Assembly (NCBI RefSeq): GCF_001194135.2
Contig: NC_069002.1
Location: 30,710,546-30,774,545 of the forward strand
Length of the DNA: 64,000 nucleotides
Direction: 5' to 3'
DNA from: Octopus bimaculoides
Taxonomy: Eukaryota
Below are positions 38,001 through 50,319 of this stretch, piece after piece; position 1 is the first letter of the stretch; the number at the start of each line of letters is the position of its first letter. The notes under the pieces were generated by a model. That model was not told where the DNA came from. It searched no databases and saw only the letters and a program-made list of their open reading frames with translations. The position numbers and the translations under genes were made by a program.

Positions 38001-41000
38001 TACACCGTGTGCTATTTTCTCCAAGTTACATACTGTATATCTCCTCAAATTCCTATTATATGTCTCCCTTTTTTCTGACCCTCTAATGTGCTCGTTCTTA
38101 TTTCATCCCTACAATGCATCCCCACTTCTCTGGGCCATTAACGTGCTCAGTCTTTTTTCATCCCTACAGAATGTATACCTTCTTCTCCAAATTCTACATT
38201 GTGTGACCCTTTCTCGCATTCCCACAATGCCCCTCACACCTCCCAGTCCTGTAATGTAAACCCTTCAGCTCCATAATATGCTCTCCTTTCCCCAACCTTG
38301 CAACTGAAAGAAGCCCTTCACATATATACATATATATATATATATATGCATGTCTCTGTGTGTCTGTAATTGACCCCATCACCTCTTAACAACTGTTGTT
38401 GGTGTGTTTACATCCCTGGAACTTAGTGGTTCGGTAAAAAGAGATCGATAGAATAAGAACTGGGCTTAAAAAAGAAATCTCTTCTTTATTCAGTTCTGTA
38501 GCGTGTACCCCCTTTCTACGTCTTTCCAGCCATCACTCCTTTTTACTGCAGCTGAAAAATACAATTGAAGAATCGCAGTTATTATAAAGTATATCACAGA
38601 CTAAATCAGTTATTTGTCAAAATTTGAAATGTTTTGGGTGAAATAATGTGAAATGTCATAACAGCCCACAATTCTCTCCTCTCCCGCCCTTCCTCTTTCT
38701 CAATTCTCAGAACAATCTCATCTGTTGTCTTTATTACACTGTGTGACACGATTTCTGTCCTTGGGTTGCGACTGTTATTTCCAATTTGCTGACCCCTAGA
38801 AAGTATGAAAAAATGGCTAATATTTCTTTCAGACTTTGCTTTTGATCTGATATTTATTCAAACCCCAAAGAATCCTTCTCAACACATGGCTATGATGCTC
38901 CTCCGCTACCCCTGCTCATGATCAGGTGGTTACGGTCAAACAACTGATAAGCAAATCTGTGGTTTTGAGCAAGAATATTTACGATAACAACATTTCTGAA
39001 ATGTAATGGAAAATGGGTCAGTTTCAAAACCTTGATGTCCAGGTCCCAAAAGCACAGTTTGAAGGGAATTGTTGTCATTTCCTTTGATTTCTAGATAGAA
39101 ACAAATAGGAAATAACACTCACTGACCAAAAACAAAAACTAAAACAAAAATTTGGTAACAGTGTTATTTAAATTGCTTAGGATTTAACTGGTGCCTATAG
39201 ATTTTGGTGCCCCTAGATTTTGGTGCCCCACAGGCATAACATACAAACACAAACATACAATGTATTTGTATATATGTTTTTATACGTCTGAATAGATATA
39301 TGTATGTATGTGTGTATTTCTTTTATATGTTTCAATCATTTGACTGGCCATGCTGGAACTCCACCTTGAAGGGTTTTAGTCGAACAAATCGACTCCGAGA
39401 TTTTTTTTTAAGCCCAGTTCTTATTCTGTTGGTTTCTTTTTACTGTACCACTAAGTTACAGGGATCTAAACACACCAACAACAGTTGTTAAGCGGTGATG
39501 GGGGTTAATTACAGACACACAGACACATACATATATATATATATCTATATATATGTGAAGGGCTTCTTTCAGTTTCTGTCTGCCAGATCTACTCATCAAG
39601 TTTTGGTTGGCCTGAAGCTATAATAGAAGATGCCCTAGGTACCACGTAGTGGGACTGAACCCATAACCATGTGGTTGGGAAGCAAGCTTCTTATCACACA
39701 GCCATGCCTGCGCATATATATATATTCTTTTATTAATGTTTCAGTCATTTGAGCCATGCTGGAGCACTGCCTTTAGTTGAAGAAATTGACCCCAGGACTT
39801 ATTCTTTGTAAGCTTAGTACTTATTCTATCGGTCTCTTTTGCTGAACCGCTAAGTTATGGGGACATAAACACACCCACATCAGTTTTCAAGTGATGGTGA
39901 GGGGACAAACACGGACACACACACACACACACACATATATATGTATATGTACACATGACGGGCTTCTTTCAGTTTCCGTCTACCAAATCCACTCAAATGC
40001 TCTGGTTGGTCCAGAGCTATGATAGAAGACAGTTGCTTTTAAGGTCCTACACAGTGGGACTTGACCCCAAAGCAGCATGGTTTGTAAAGTGAACTTCTTA
40101 AGCAACACAGTCATGCCTTCAGAATATTTCATTTTTAGATTTGGCTTGGAAAAATTCTTGACATGAACTTGTGTGTTGAAAGAAAATTTGTTGTATCTTG
40201 GGAGGGTCATTATGCCAAAATAAACACACACACAGACTGATTCAGTTTCACTTCTTTATCATTAGTCAATTGATTAGTTATTTAACCAACCAAGAAATCA
40301 AAAGGACTTTGACAGACAACTGATTGTTTGACTGATTAAGCATTCAACCAATTCATTAGTTGGTTAAATAACTGACCAATTGACTTAGAATTAGGTCGTG
40401 AAATTGAACCAGTGCTGTGTTTATTATTGGTGTAATCGACTTTCTCAAGATATATTAAAATAAGCTTATATCTCAAATTACAGGAAGAGTAAAATAATAT
40501 GGCTGGAGAGAGAGCAGAGATTTGTGTGTTTTCGAGTGAAGGCCTTCTTCAAGGTTGAGATAACTGGGTCGCGTAGGACATGACAAGTGTTCAATCTTTT
40601 GTTTTGAGTGACTGGTTGTAGCTGATCGGGAATAACATAAAACGATTCTCAGGAAGAATTTTGTCTGAAACATTCTCTACAGCAATATCACTTTACTGTT
40701 TCTCTCATTTTTATCAAATAACACAAGTCTTGCCGACATTGGCCACTAGTGAACTTCTTGGAGTTTGTTTTCTACATAGATGTATGTGTGTGGAGGCGCA
40801 ATAGTCCAGTGGTTAGGGCAGTGGACTTGCGGTTTCGATTACCAGACCGGGCATTGTGAGTGTTTATTGAGCGAAAACACCTAAAGCTCCACGAGGCTCC
40901 GGCAAGGGATGGTGGCGAACCCTGCTGTACTCTTTCACCACAACTTTCTCTCACTCTTACTTCCTGTTTCTGTTGTGCCTGTAATTCAAAAGGGTCAGCC

Positions 41001-41537
41001 TTGTCACGCTGAATATCCCCGAGAACTACGTTAAGGGTACACGTGCCTGTGGAGTGCTCAGCCACTTGCACATTAATTTCACGAGCAGACTGTTCCGTTG
41101 ATCGGATCAACTGGAACCCTCGACGTCGTAAGCGATGGAGTGCCAACAACAACAGATGTATGTGCGTAATACAAACAGGGTCTGATGAAGATTGTGATTA
41201 ATCTGCAATTTACAAAACTTATCTAGTGAAGTTTGTGGTGACAAGAGAGTCCTCGATGTTTCTTCATTTGAGGAAGAAAACTTCTCTTCTTCCTTTTTCT
41301 TTTCCCTTTCTGTTTCTTGTAACTTTTCACCTCTCTTTTCCTCTCACCAATTCACATCAGCCTTTCACTTCTTGTTGTCTTAACATTCATCTCCTTCCAA
41401 CAATTTGAAGTCGAGCAATTCTGTCAATCAATCAATCTTTCTCTCTCTCTCTTTGATCTTTAATTACTTGTTTCAGGTTTGAAAATTTCTCTTCACTTTT
41501 TTTACTCTTATGCTCTCCCTTCCTTACTTTCCTTTCT

Positions 41538-41586
<49 letters not shown>

Positions 41587-42493
41587 CATGTGTATATATA
41601 TATATACCGGAGTAAGCACATAAAATGTGCAACAAGGTGGAAAAAAGAGTACTCAAATACCAGAGGTAGAGTAATATGCTTTATTTAAAAGCAGCAGAAA
41701 TATAACAAAAAGACTGTTACTCAGAGTTTCACGTTCCTGTTCGGGAACGTGAAACTCAGAGTAACAGTATTTTGTCATATTTCTGCTGCTTTTAAATAAA
41801 GTATATATATGTGTGTGTGTGTGTATATATATCATCATTATTTCATGTCGGCTTTTCATGTTGGCATGGGTTATGTGTGTGTGTGTGCATTTGGTTGGGA
41901 AGCAAACTTCTTGATTATAGAAACATGCCTTTGGCACCCCCTGCCCCTCCACACACACTTGGTGTCGTGTGGTCCTTCATGTTATCCCAAAACATTAAGT
42001 ATTCCTTCACCAGAAAGATTTAATTGGGTTTTAAAATGGTTGCTGTTTTTTAATGTGTATCCTTCGCATTTTATATGTTGTGGAATATGCAATCTATCTA
42101 CATGTTATGTATGAATGTTTATTACATGTTATGTATGAATGTTTATTACATGTTAGTGTGTGTGTGTGTGTATATACGTTTGTGTGTGTATATAGTTGAA
42201 ATTTATAGAAAAACAAAAGACGAAGACAGGTGTATGAACAACAAGCATGTGTGTTAGTTTGATGCTCTGGAAAAATGGAAAAGCCTTTTACGTTTTTGCC
42301 TACGCTCTTTGATAGGAAAGAATGACAGTAAATAAACAGAGAAGGGAAAAAAACGTAGTGATATACATACACAGGGTGTCCACAAAGTCTGGGTACATGG
42401 GGATTAACATACGTTAAGAAATTATTATTTCTTATATTTAATTGTTTACGTTATGATTTTATTTACTCCATGTACCCAGACTTTGTGGACACC

Positions 42494-42573
<80 letters not shown>

Positions 42574-43899
42574 TGGCTACTGAATAATTGTCATATTATT
42601 TACAGATATATATATATATATATCCATACAAACATGTATATTTATATATGCAAGTTTTTGTGTGTGTATATAAGGGATTGGCTATAAGCTTCTCCACATG
42701 CTAGAAATAGATGCTTATAGCCAATCCCTTGTTATAATTATGAATATAATTATTATATTTGTTGTGTGTATGTGTATAATATTGTCAAGCGACGGTGGAG
42801 GGACAAACACACACACACACATATATATATATATATGTATGTATATATATTATGTGTATGTGTATGATCTGTATGTATGTTGCTGTGTGTGTGTACATGT
42901 ATTACGTTATCTGTCTGTGTGTGTGTCATAGGAATGTGACCTGTATGCATATATTGTGTGTGTGTGTGTGTGAATCTAATAAAACAATTGCTCTCAAACC
43001 CTGGCAGACATCAGTTTCCTCCCTTCCCTCCCTTTTATAAGTGGTGAGAGATTCCTGTGTGATGACAGATGATATTTTTGAATATATGGAGAGAGAGAGA
43101 GAAAGAAACAGGTGCTAATCCATAAAGTGCTGTTTTTACTTATAATATTCAACAAAGCAGTGAGTTGGCAGAATTGACAAAGAAACACCTTATGGTAGTT
43201 TTTTCTGATTCTTTACTCTGAGTTCCGAGGTCAACTTAGCCTTATAGTCGTTTCCCTATCCCCACCACATCCCTCCCCAGGGCTGATACAATAAAGTACC
43301 ACTCAAGTACTGGGGTGGGAGGGTTGATGGCATCACCTGAACCCTGCCCCTTCCTTCTTAGAATTTCTGGTCCTGGACCTAAATCAAAAACAACTATGAA
43401 TAAGGTACAAAAGTGGCTGTGTGGTAAGAAGCTTACTTGCCAACCACATGGTTCCAGGTTCAGTCCCACTGCATAGCACCTTGGGCAAGTATCTTCTACT
43501 ATAGCCTTGGGCCGACCAAAGCCTTGTGAGTGGATTTGGTAGATGGAAACTGAAAGAAGCCTGTTGTATATATGTATACACACACACACACACACATCTG
43601 TATGTCTTTGTGCCTATATTTGTCCCCCACCACTGCTTGACAACTGGTGCTGATGTTATGTCCTTGTAACTTAGCAGTTTGGCAAAACAGACTGATAGAA
43701 TAAGTGCCAAGCTTTGAAAAAAAAAGTCATACATATAAGGTGCAGGAGTGGCTGTGTGGTAAATAGCTTGCTTCCCAACCACATGGTTCTAGGTTCAGTC
43801 TCACAGCATGGCACCTTGGGCAAGTGTCTTCTACTATAGCCTCGAACCGACCAAAGCCTTGTGAGTGGATTTGGTAGACAGAAACTGAAAGAAGCCTGT

Positions 43900-43945
<46 letters not shown>

Positions 43946-45117
43946 TGTGTGTTTGTCTCTCCACTATTGCTTGACAACCAATGTTGGCGTGTTTACATCC
44001 CTGTAACTTAGCAGTTCTGCAAAAGAGACCGATAGAACAAGTACTGGAGTTGATTTGTTCGACTAAACTAAAGGTGGTGCTCCAGCATGGCCACAGTCAA
44101 ATGACTGAAACAAACAAAAAAAACATCTGATTAAAAATTCTTGAAAGTGATGTCCCAGCATGGCCACAATCTAATGACTGAAACAAGTAAAAGATAAAAG
44201 ATGGGCAAGACTTGAACTTGGAACCTCGAAAGCTTTAGTCCAGATTTATTCAATTATTTCTTGGTAGAAGGCTACAAATGTATGGAGAGAGGGAGAGAGA
44301 GAGAGAGAGAGAATGTGGTGGTGGTGGTGGTGGTGGGACATAGTCCCTTATATCAACCTTAGTACTTGACTGGTATTATATTTTATGAATCTTGAACAGA
44401 ATTAAGGACAAGTCAACCCGGGTGAGGTTTAAATTTGGATTGGAAAGCGATCAGAATTCCTAATATTGCTCTCGATTTCTCGCTGCTTTATTAACATTCT
44501 AGACAGACATTCATTAACACAACGAATGTCTAATGAATTGCAGACCAAAATTAATCAATTCCTGCTTCCTTCAGTTGAAATTTATTTTAAAATTACATTT
44601 TAAACTATATTAGGTCCTTCAAGTGTTATTGGTGGATGTATACAGGTGTGGCTGTATGGTAAGAAGCTCGTTTCCCAACCACATGGTTCTGGGTTCAGTC
44701 CCATTGTGTGGCACCTTGAGCAAGTGCCTTTTACTATAGCCTTGGGCCAACCAGAGCCTTGTGAGTGGATTTGGTAAACGGAAACTGAAAGAAGCTTGTC
44801 ATATATATGTATAAAAATCTATTTGTGTCTGTATCTGTCCCCCATCACATCTTGACAACCGGTGTTGGTGTGTTTATGTCCCTGTAACTTAACAGTTCAG
44901 CAAGACAGTCCCTGGGGTTGATTTGCTTGACTAAACCCTTCAAGGCTGTGAACCTGTATGACCACAGTCAAATGACTGAAACAAAATATGAAAGATATAC
45001 ACATACATACATAGATAGAAAAAATAGCAAACACCAGAAGAGAAATTGTGTTGTTATACAATTATTTTGCTGAGTTGGTGATCAGTAATATACTGTTTGA
45101 TGGTATAAGTGTAATGT

Positions 45118-45152
<35 letters not shown>

Positions 45153-47049
45153 GAATGTGTGCACACTTACATGCAGACGTGTATGTGGTGATTTGCTGTA
45201 CTTGAGAAGACATGTCAAACTAAGCAAAATCGCTGTCTTCCACACAAACAGGCTTGTCCTTTACAGGTGATGGTGCCATTTAAAAAGCATCCATGCAGGT
45301 GGCTGCTGTGTCAATGCACCTATGCTGGAACTGCATTAATGCACTCATGTCAGTGCTGCATAAATGCACCTGTGATGGTGATATGTAAAAGGCACCCAGC
45401 ACACACTCTGTAAAGTGGTTTGTGTTATGGAGGGCATCCAGCTGTAGAAACCATGCCGCAACTGACAGATGGAGTCTGGACAGCTCCCTTATTTCTTTAT
45501 TGCCCACAAGGGGCTTAACATAGAGGGGACAGACAAAGGGGTTAAGTCGATTGCATCGACCCCAGTGTGTAACTGGTACTTAATTTATCGACCCCCGAAA
45601 GGATGAAAGGCAAAGTTGACCTTGGCGGAATTTGAACTCAGAATGTAACGACAGATGAAATACCACTAAGCATTTCGCCCGGCGTCCCTAACGTTTCTGC
45701 CAGCTCGCTGCCTTACCCAGCCCCATATCAAACTGTCCAACACATCCCAGTATAGAGATGATGGTGTGTGTGTATTTGCATGCTATTTCTATTAATATAT
45801 TGTCTTTTTAGTTTATCATTTTAAAGGAAAACTGTTTAAAAGTTGAAAATTAACAATTGTGACATATCTTAATGAAATATTTGCTCTACTGACTCGGTTA
45901 ACAGGTGAACAATATAAAGCAATACAAATGTGTGCAATACCTTAAAAAACAGTTAACAGGTGAACAAAACCTTGCTATTACAGTTAATTTGTTCTTTAAT
46001 AAACATGGTTAACAAGTGAACTATACCTTAATAAACATATTTAGCATGTGAACAATGTTTGAATAAATGTGGTTAACATATGAACAGTGCTTCGATAAAC
46101 ACAATTAACGTGTGCACAATACCTTAATAAACACAGCTAGCAGGAAAATGATACTTTAATAAATGTGGTTTACAGGTGAACAAAACGTTTCTCACTCTGT
46201 TAACAGGTGAATGAAACCAAACAATTTGTCCTGTTTGTTTCTAGTTGATTTATTAATTTATTTCCTTTGGTTAATTAATATCGAAGTTCTTCTTGTACTA
46301 ATTACCCAAATTTAGTGACAGTTTAATCAAGCTTAATATCATCTCTCCCCCACCACCATTTACATTACTGCTATTTACCCAGCAGAGATAGATTGAGTTG
46401 TTATGGTAACAAATGGGGGATATTCATCAAGAGATTAGTTGAATAAATAATAACGAGAGCTTATAATTAAAGCTTTGCTTGATGTGTAGACTTGTATGGC
46501 AGGTCAGAAACTTGGGGGTGGTGGGGAATGAAATATGTTTACTTTCATGTGATGTTGTTGTTGTTGCTATTGTAAAGCCTCAGGTGATCCCAGATGGAAT
46601 AGATCTATGGCCTGTAAATAAGACCTACATCTGATCTGTTTGTTGTTCCAAATATATCACAGCCTTTGTTTAGCCGAAGACCATTCTGCACTGAATGGTA
46701 TGTAGTTGTAATGGCTGTGTGGTTAGGAAGTTTGCTTCACAACCATGAGGTCTCGAGTTCAATCTCACTGTGTGGTATTATGGACCTTGGGCAAGTGACA
46801 TCTGCTGTAGTGTTGGGTTGACCAAAGCCTTGCGAGTGAATCTGGTGGATGGAAACTTGTAAGACGCCTGTTGTGTGTGTGTGTGTATCATCATCATCAC
46901 CATTTAATGTCCATCTTCCATGAATGCATGAGTAGAATGGTTGACAGGAGCCCCGACCATGCAGAAAATGTACCCTAGGCTAGTGTCTGTTTTTTGTAGG
47001 GATTTTATGGCTGGATGCCCTTCCTAACACCAACCACTCCCCAGATACA

Positions 47050-47148
<99 letters not shown>

Positions 47149-50100
47149 TTGTGTGTGTGTGTGTATATATTCCAATAACACTGTACTTATTCAATGTCCT
47201 CGCGTTGTTGTCTTTTCATGTTTTTTCTTGCTTGCTCATGTTTGGATTGACTATATATATATACATGTGTGTGTCTATGTATATATACACGTGTGCATGT
47301 ATATATGTATACATACACACACAAAAATTGGTGCAGATTGGAGACAGGAAGAGCATCCAGCTGTAAAACCCTACCCCAAGATCAATTCCCATCCAAGCCA
47401 TGCTAGCATGGGAAAAACCTGTGCTGGTGCCTTGTCAGAAGCACCCAGTACACTCTTTAAAAATGTTTGACATCAGGAAGGGCATCCAGCTGTAGAAACC
47501 CGACTAAAACAGGCAATTGGACCCTGGTGCAACTCTCTGGCTGTTCAGCTCCTGTCAAACCATCCAACCCATGCCAGCATGAAAGATGGACATTAAACGA
47601 TGATGATGATAAACCAACTAGTAAATGGTTGTATATTTTTGTTACACAGCCATAATATTCTGGAACAAACTGTGATGCGTTTTAAAAGAACTACAAGACT
47701 GTAGTCTGGTTGATACCAAACCACACAGCACTGTCAACAATTTGTTGCAGCAATACAGTCGAGGCGGGATTAAAAGACAATTGATTCTCTATGTGTCACC
47801 CAACCCTGCCCTCCCCCTCTCTTGTGACCTTGACAGTGTCGAAATGACAATAAAGATATGAGTGTTGTTTGTGAAATGATTGATTAACAATTCAATTTTC
47901 TTCCAGATCAGACCCCCCCTACCTCATCCACCTAGGCTTGATTTCATCACTGTATTGACCCTTTCGGTACCGACCTGTCTGAGACTGACCCTGGTTCTAT
48001 GATATAAGTTTCCCTGCACCCTCAACACAATTCTAAGCCGGAATCAGAGTGATTGGCATCATGTGACGACCTTAGGCCTTTTCATTTAACCCTTTTGGCA
48101 CCAACCTACCTGAGACTGCTCCCTCCCCCCCTTGGTTCCATGATATGAGCTTCTTGTTTTAAAGCGATCTAAATTTAAACCTTCCATCAAATTTTCATGT
48201 TAATCTGTGTTTCAAACCCCGGCTTCCATAATGAGATTATTTCACTAAAGTCTTCATTATTTTCAGATTTAAATGAAACACAGTAAGTGTATCATAACAG
48301 GAATATGGTAACAAAAGGGTTAAAGTAATCCAAATTAAAACCTTTCATCATTAACTTATGTTCCAAGCATGGAGGCGCAATGGCCCATTGGTTAGGGCAG
48401 CGGACTCGCGGTCATAGGATTGCNNNNNNNNNNNNNNNNNNNNNNNNNNNNNNNNNNNNNNNNAGGATTGCGGTTTCGATTCCCAGACCGGGCGTTGTGA
48501 GTGTTTATTGAGCGAAAACACCTAAACGCTCCACAAGGCTCCGGCAGGTGATGGTGGCAAACCCTGCTATACTCTTCCACCACAACTTTCTCTCACTCTT
48601 ACTTCCTGTTTCTGTTGTGCCTGTAATTCAAAGGGTCAGCCTTGCCACATTCTGTGTCACGCTGAATATTCCTGAGAACTACGTTAAGGGTACACGTGTC
48701 TGTGGAGTGCTCAGCCACTTGCATGTTAATCTCACGAGCAGGCTGTTCCATTGATCGGATAAACTGGAACCCTCGACGTCGTAAGCGATGGAGTGCCAAC
48801 AACATGTTCCAAGCAGTAGCTTGATAATGACAGGTATTTTAATAAATTCTTTGTTGTTTTCAAAATTAATTGAAACAAAAGCAGTTTATAAATTAACTGT
48901 TAGTGATGGTAGCAGCCTTTGTAACAAATATTAACTTGCACATCCAACTTCATATGGATGTGCTGTCTTGAACACCAAAGACTGCAGTAATCCACCTTAG
49001 AAACCACCTTGTAAAGAGCTAAATAGCACAGATTATATTTGCAGAAGAAATTTTACCAGCATCAGCGTAATTTTTGCCTCATCAGCAGCAGATACCCAAT
49101 CACGAAATGTCAGACTGAAATCTCTTGAAGCCAATATAGTTTAACACTGACTAAACAAAACTGGCAGACTGTGTATAAATTAGCTATTAGCGACAGAAGT
49201 ATCATTTGTAATGAATATTAATTAGAACATCTGACTTAACTTGGATGTGTGGTTTCCAACATTGTAGACTGCAGTAATCATCTTGAGAAATCGTCTCGAA
49301 GAGAAGGTGCTGACAAAATTTCGTCAACCGATATATCTGTGCTTTTAATAGCATCTAATGTCTTTGCATAATGATTTCTCGAAACTATTACTGTAGTCTA
49401 CAGCATTCAAAATAGCACATCCAAGTTAAATTGGATGTGTTAATTAATAAAAACTGTGCATTTCAGCAGAAATATGGTAACAAGAAAGTTAAATATAATC
49501 TTCTGGGATTCCTAAACTAAGCACTATTCTATCTTTTATTCATCATTTTCCATTCCATGCTGTACCACTCCTCTCTCCCTCCAAGACAATTCTTGTAACA
49601 AATAAGTGGTTTTTGTTTTTTTTTTCTTTCTATGAAACGAAATGGATAAGAATAACTTGATTAATCTCTAACTTGATGAAGAATCAATCGCATTTATGAA
49701 CCAAGAATAACTCTGTTTGACTACTCAAAAATAATGAATTATCAATGGATTTGGTTTACCATTGGGTGTGTGTGTATAAATATATATATATATATATAAA
49801 TGAGGCTAATTGTGTGAATTTGTATATGGTATGTGTGTGAAGCACCAAAGGATGTGTGTATATGAAGGTATTTCTTTGTATACACATATGGTGTATGGGT
49901 TGGATTCTGGCACCGATGACTATATGTATCTGAGGGTATTTGTGTGTGTGTGTAATATATAGGCATTTTTGTGTCCATATATGGTGTGTTGGTGGGAGTT
50001 TGATCACAATAGATACCTGGACATGTGGCTATGTGTGTGTGTATATATATATATATGTAGTGTATGGGTGTTTGTTTAGAAGTCAGTGAGTTATTTGAGT

Positions 50101-50286
50101 TGTTTAGCCCCAGGTCGGTACTAGGCGTAGGAGTGGCTGTGTGGTAAGTAGCTTGCTTACGAACCACATGGTTCCGGGTTCAGTCCCACTGCATGGCACC
50201 TTGGGCAAGTGTCTTCTACTATAGCCTCAGGCCGACCAAAGCCTTGAGAGTGGATTTGGTAGACGGAAACTGAAAGAAACCTGTCG

Positions 50287-50319
<33 letters not shown>

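Noticed and set aside
47907-47966. Possible cassette exon with a strong-looking acceptor in intron 10
   Set aside because: In the required phase-2 frame it hits TAG after 9 codons, and the donor is weak.
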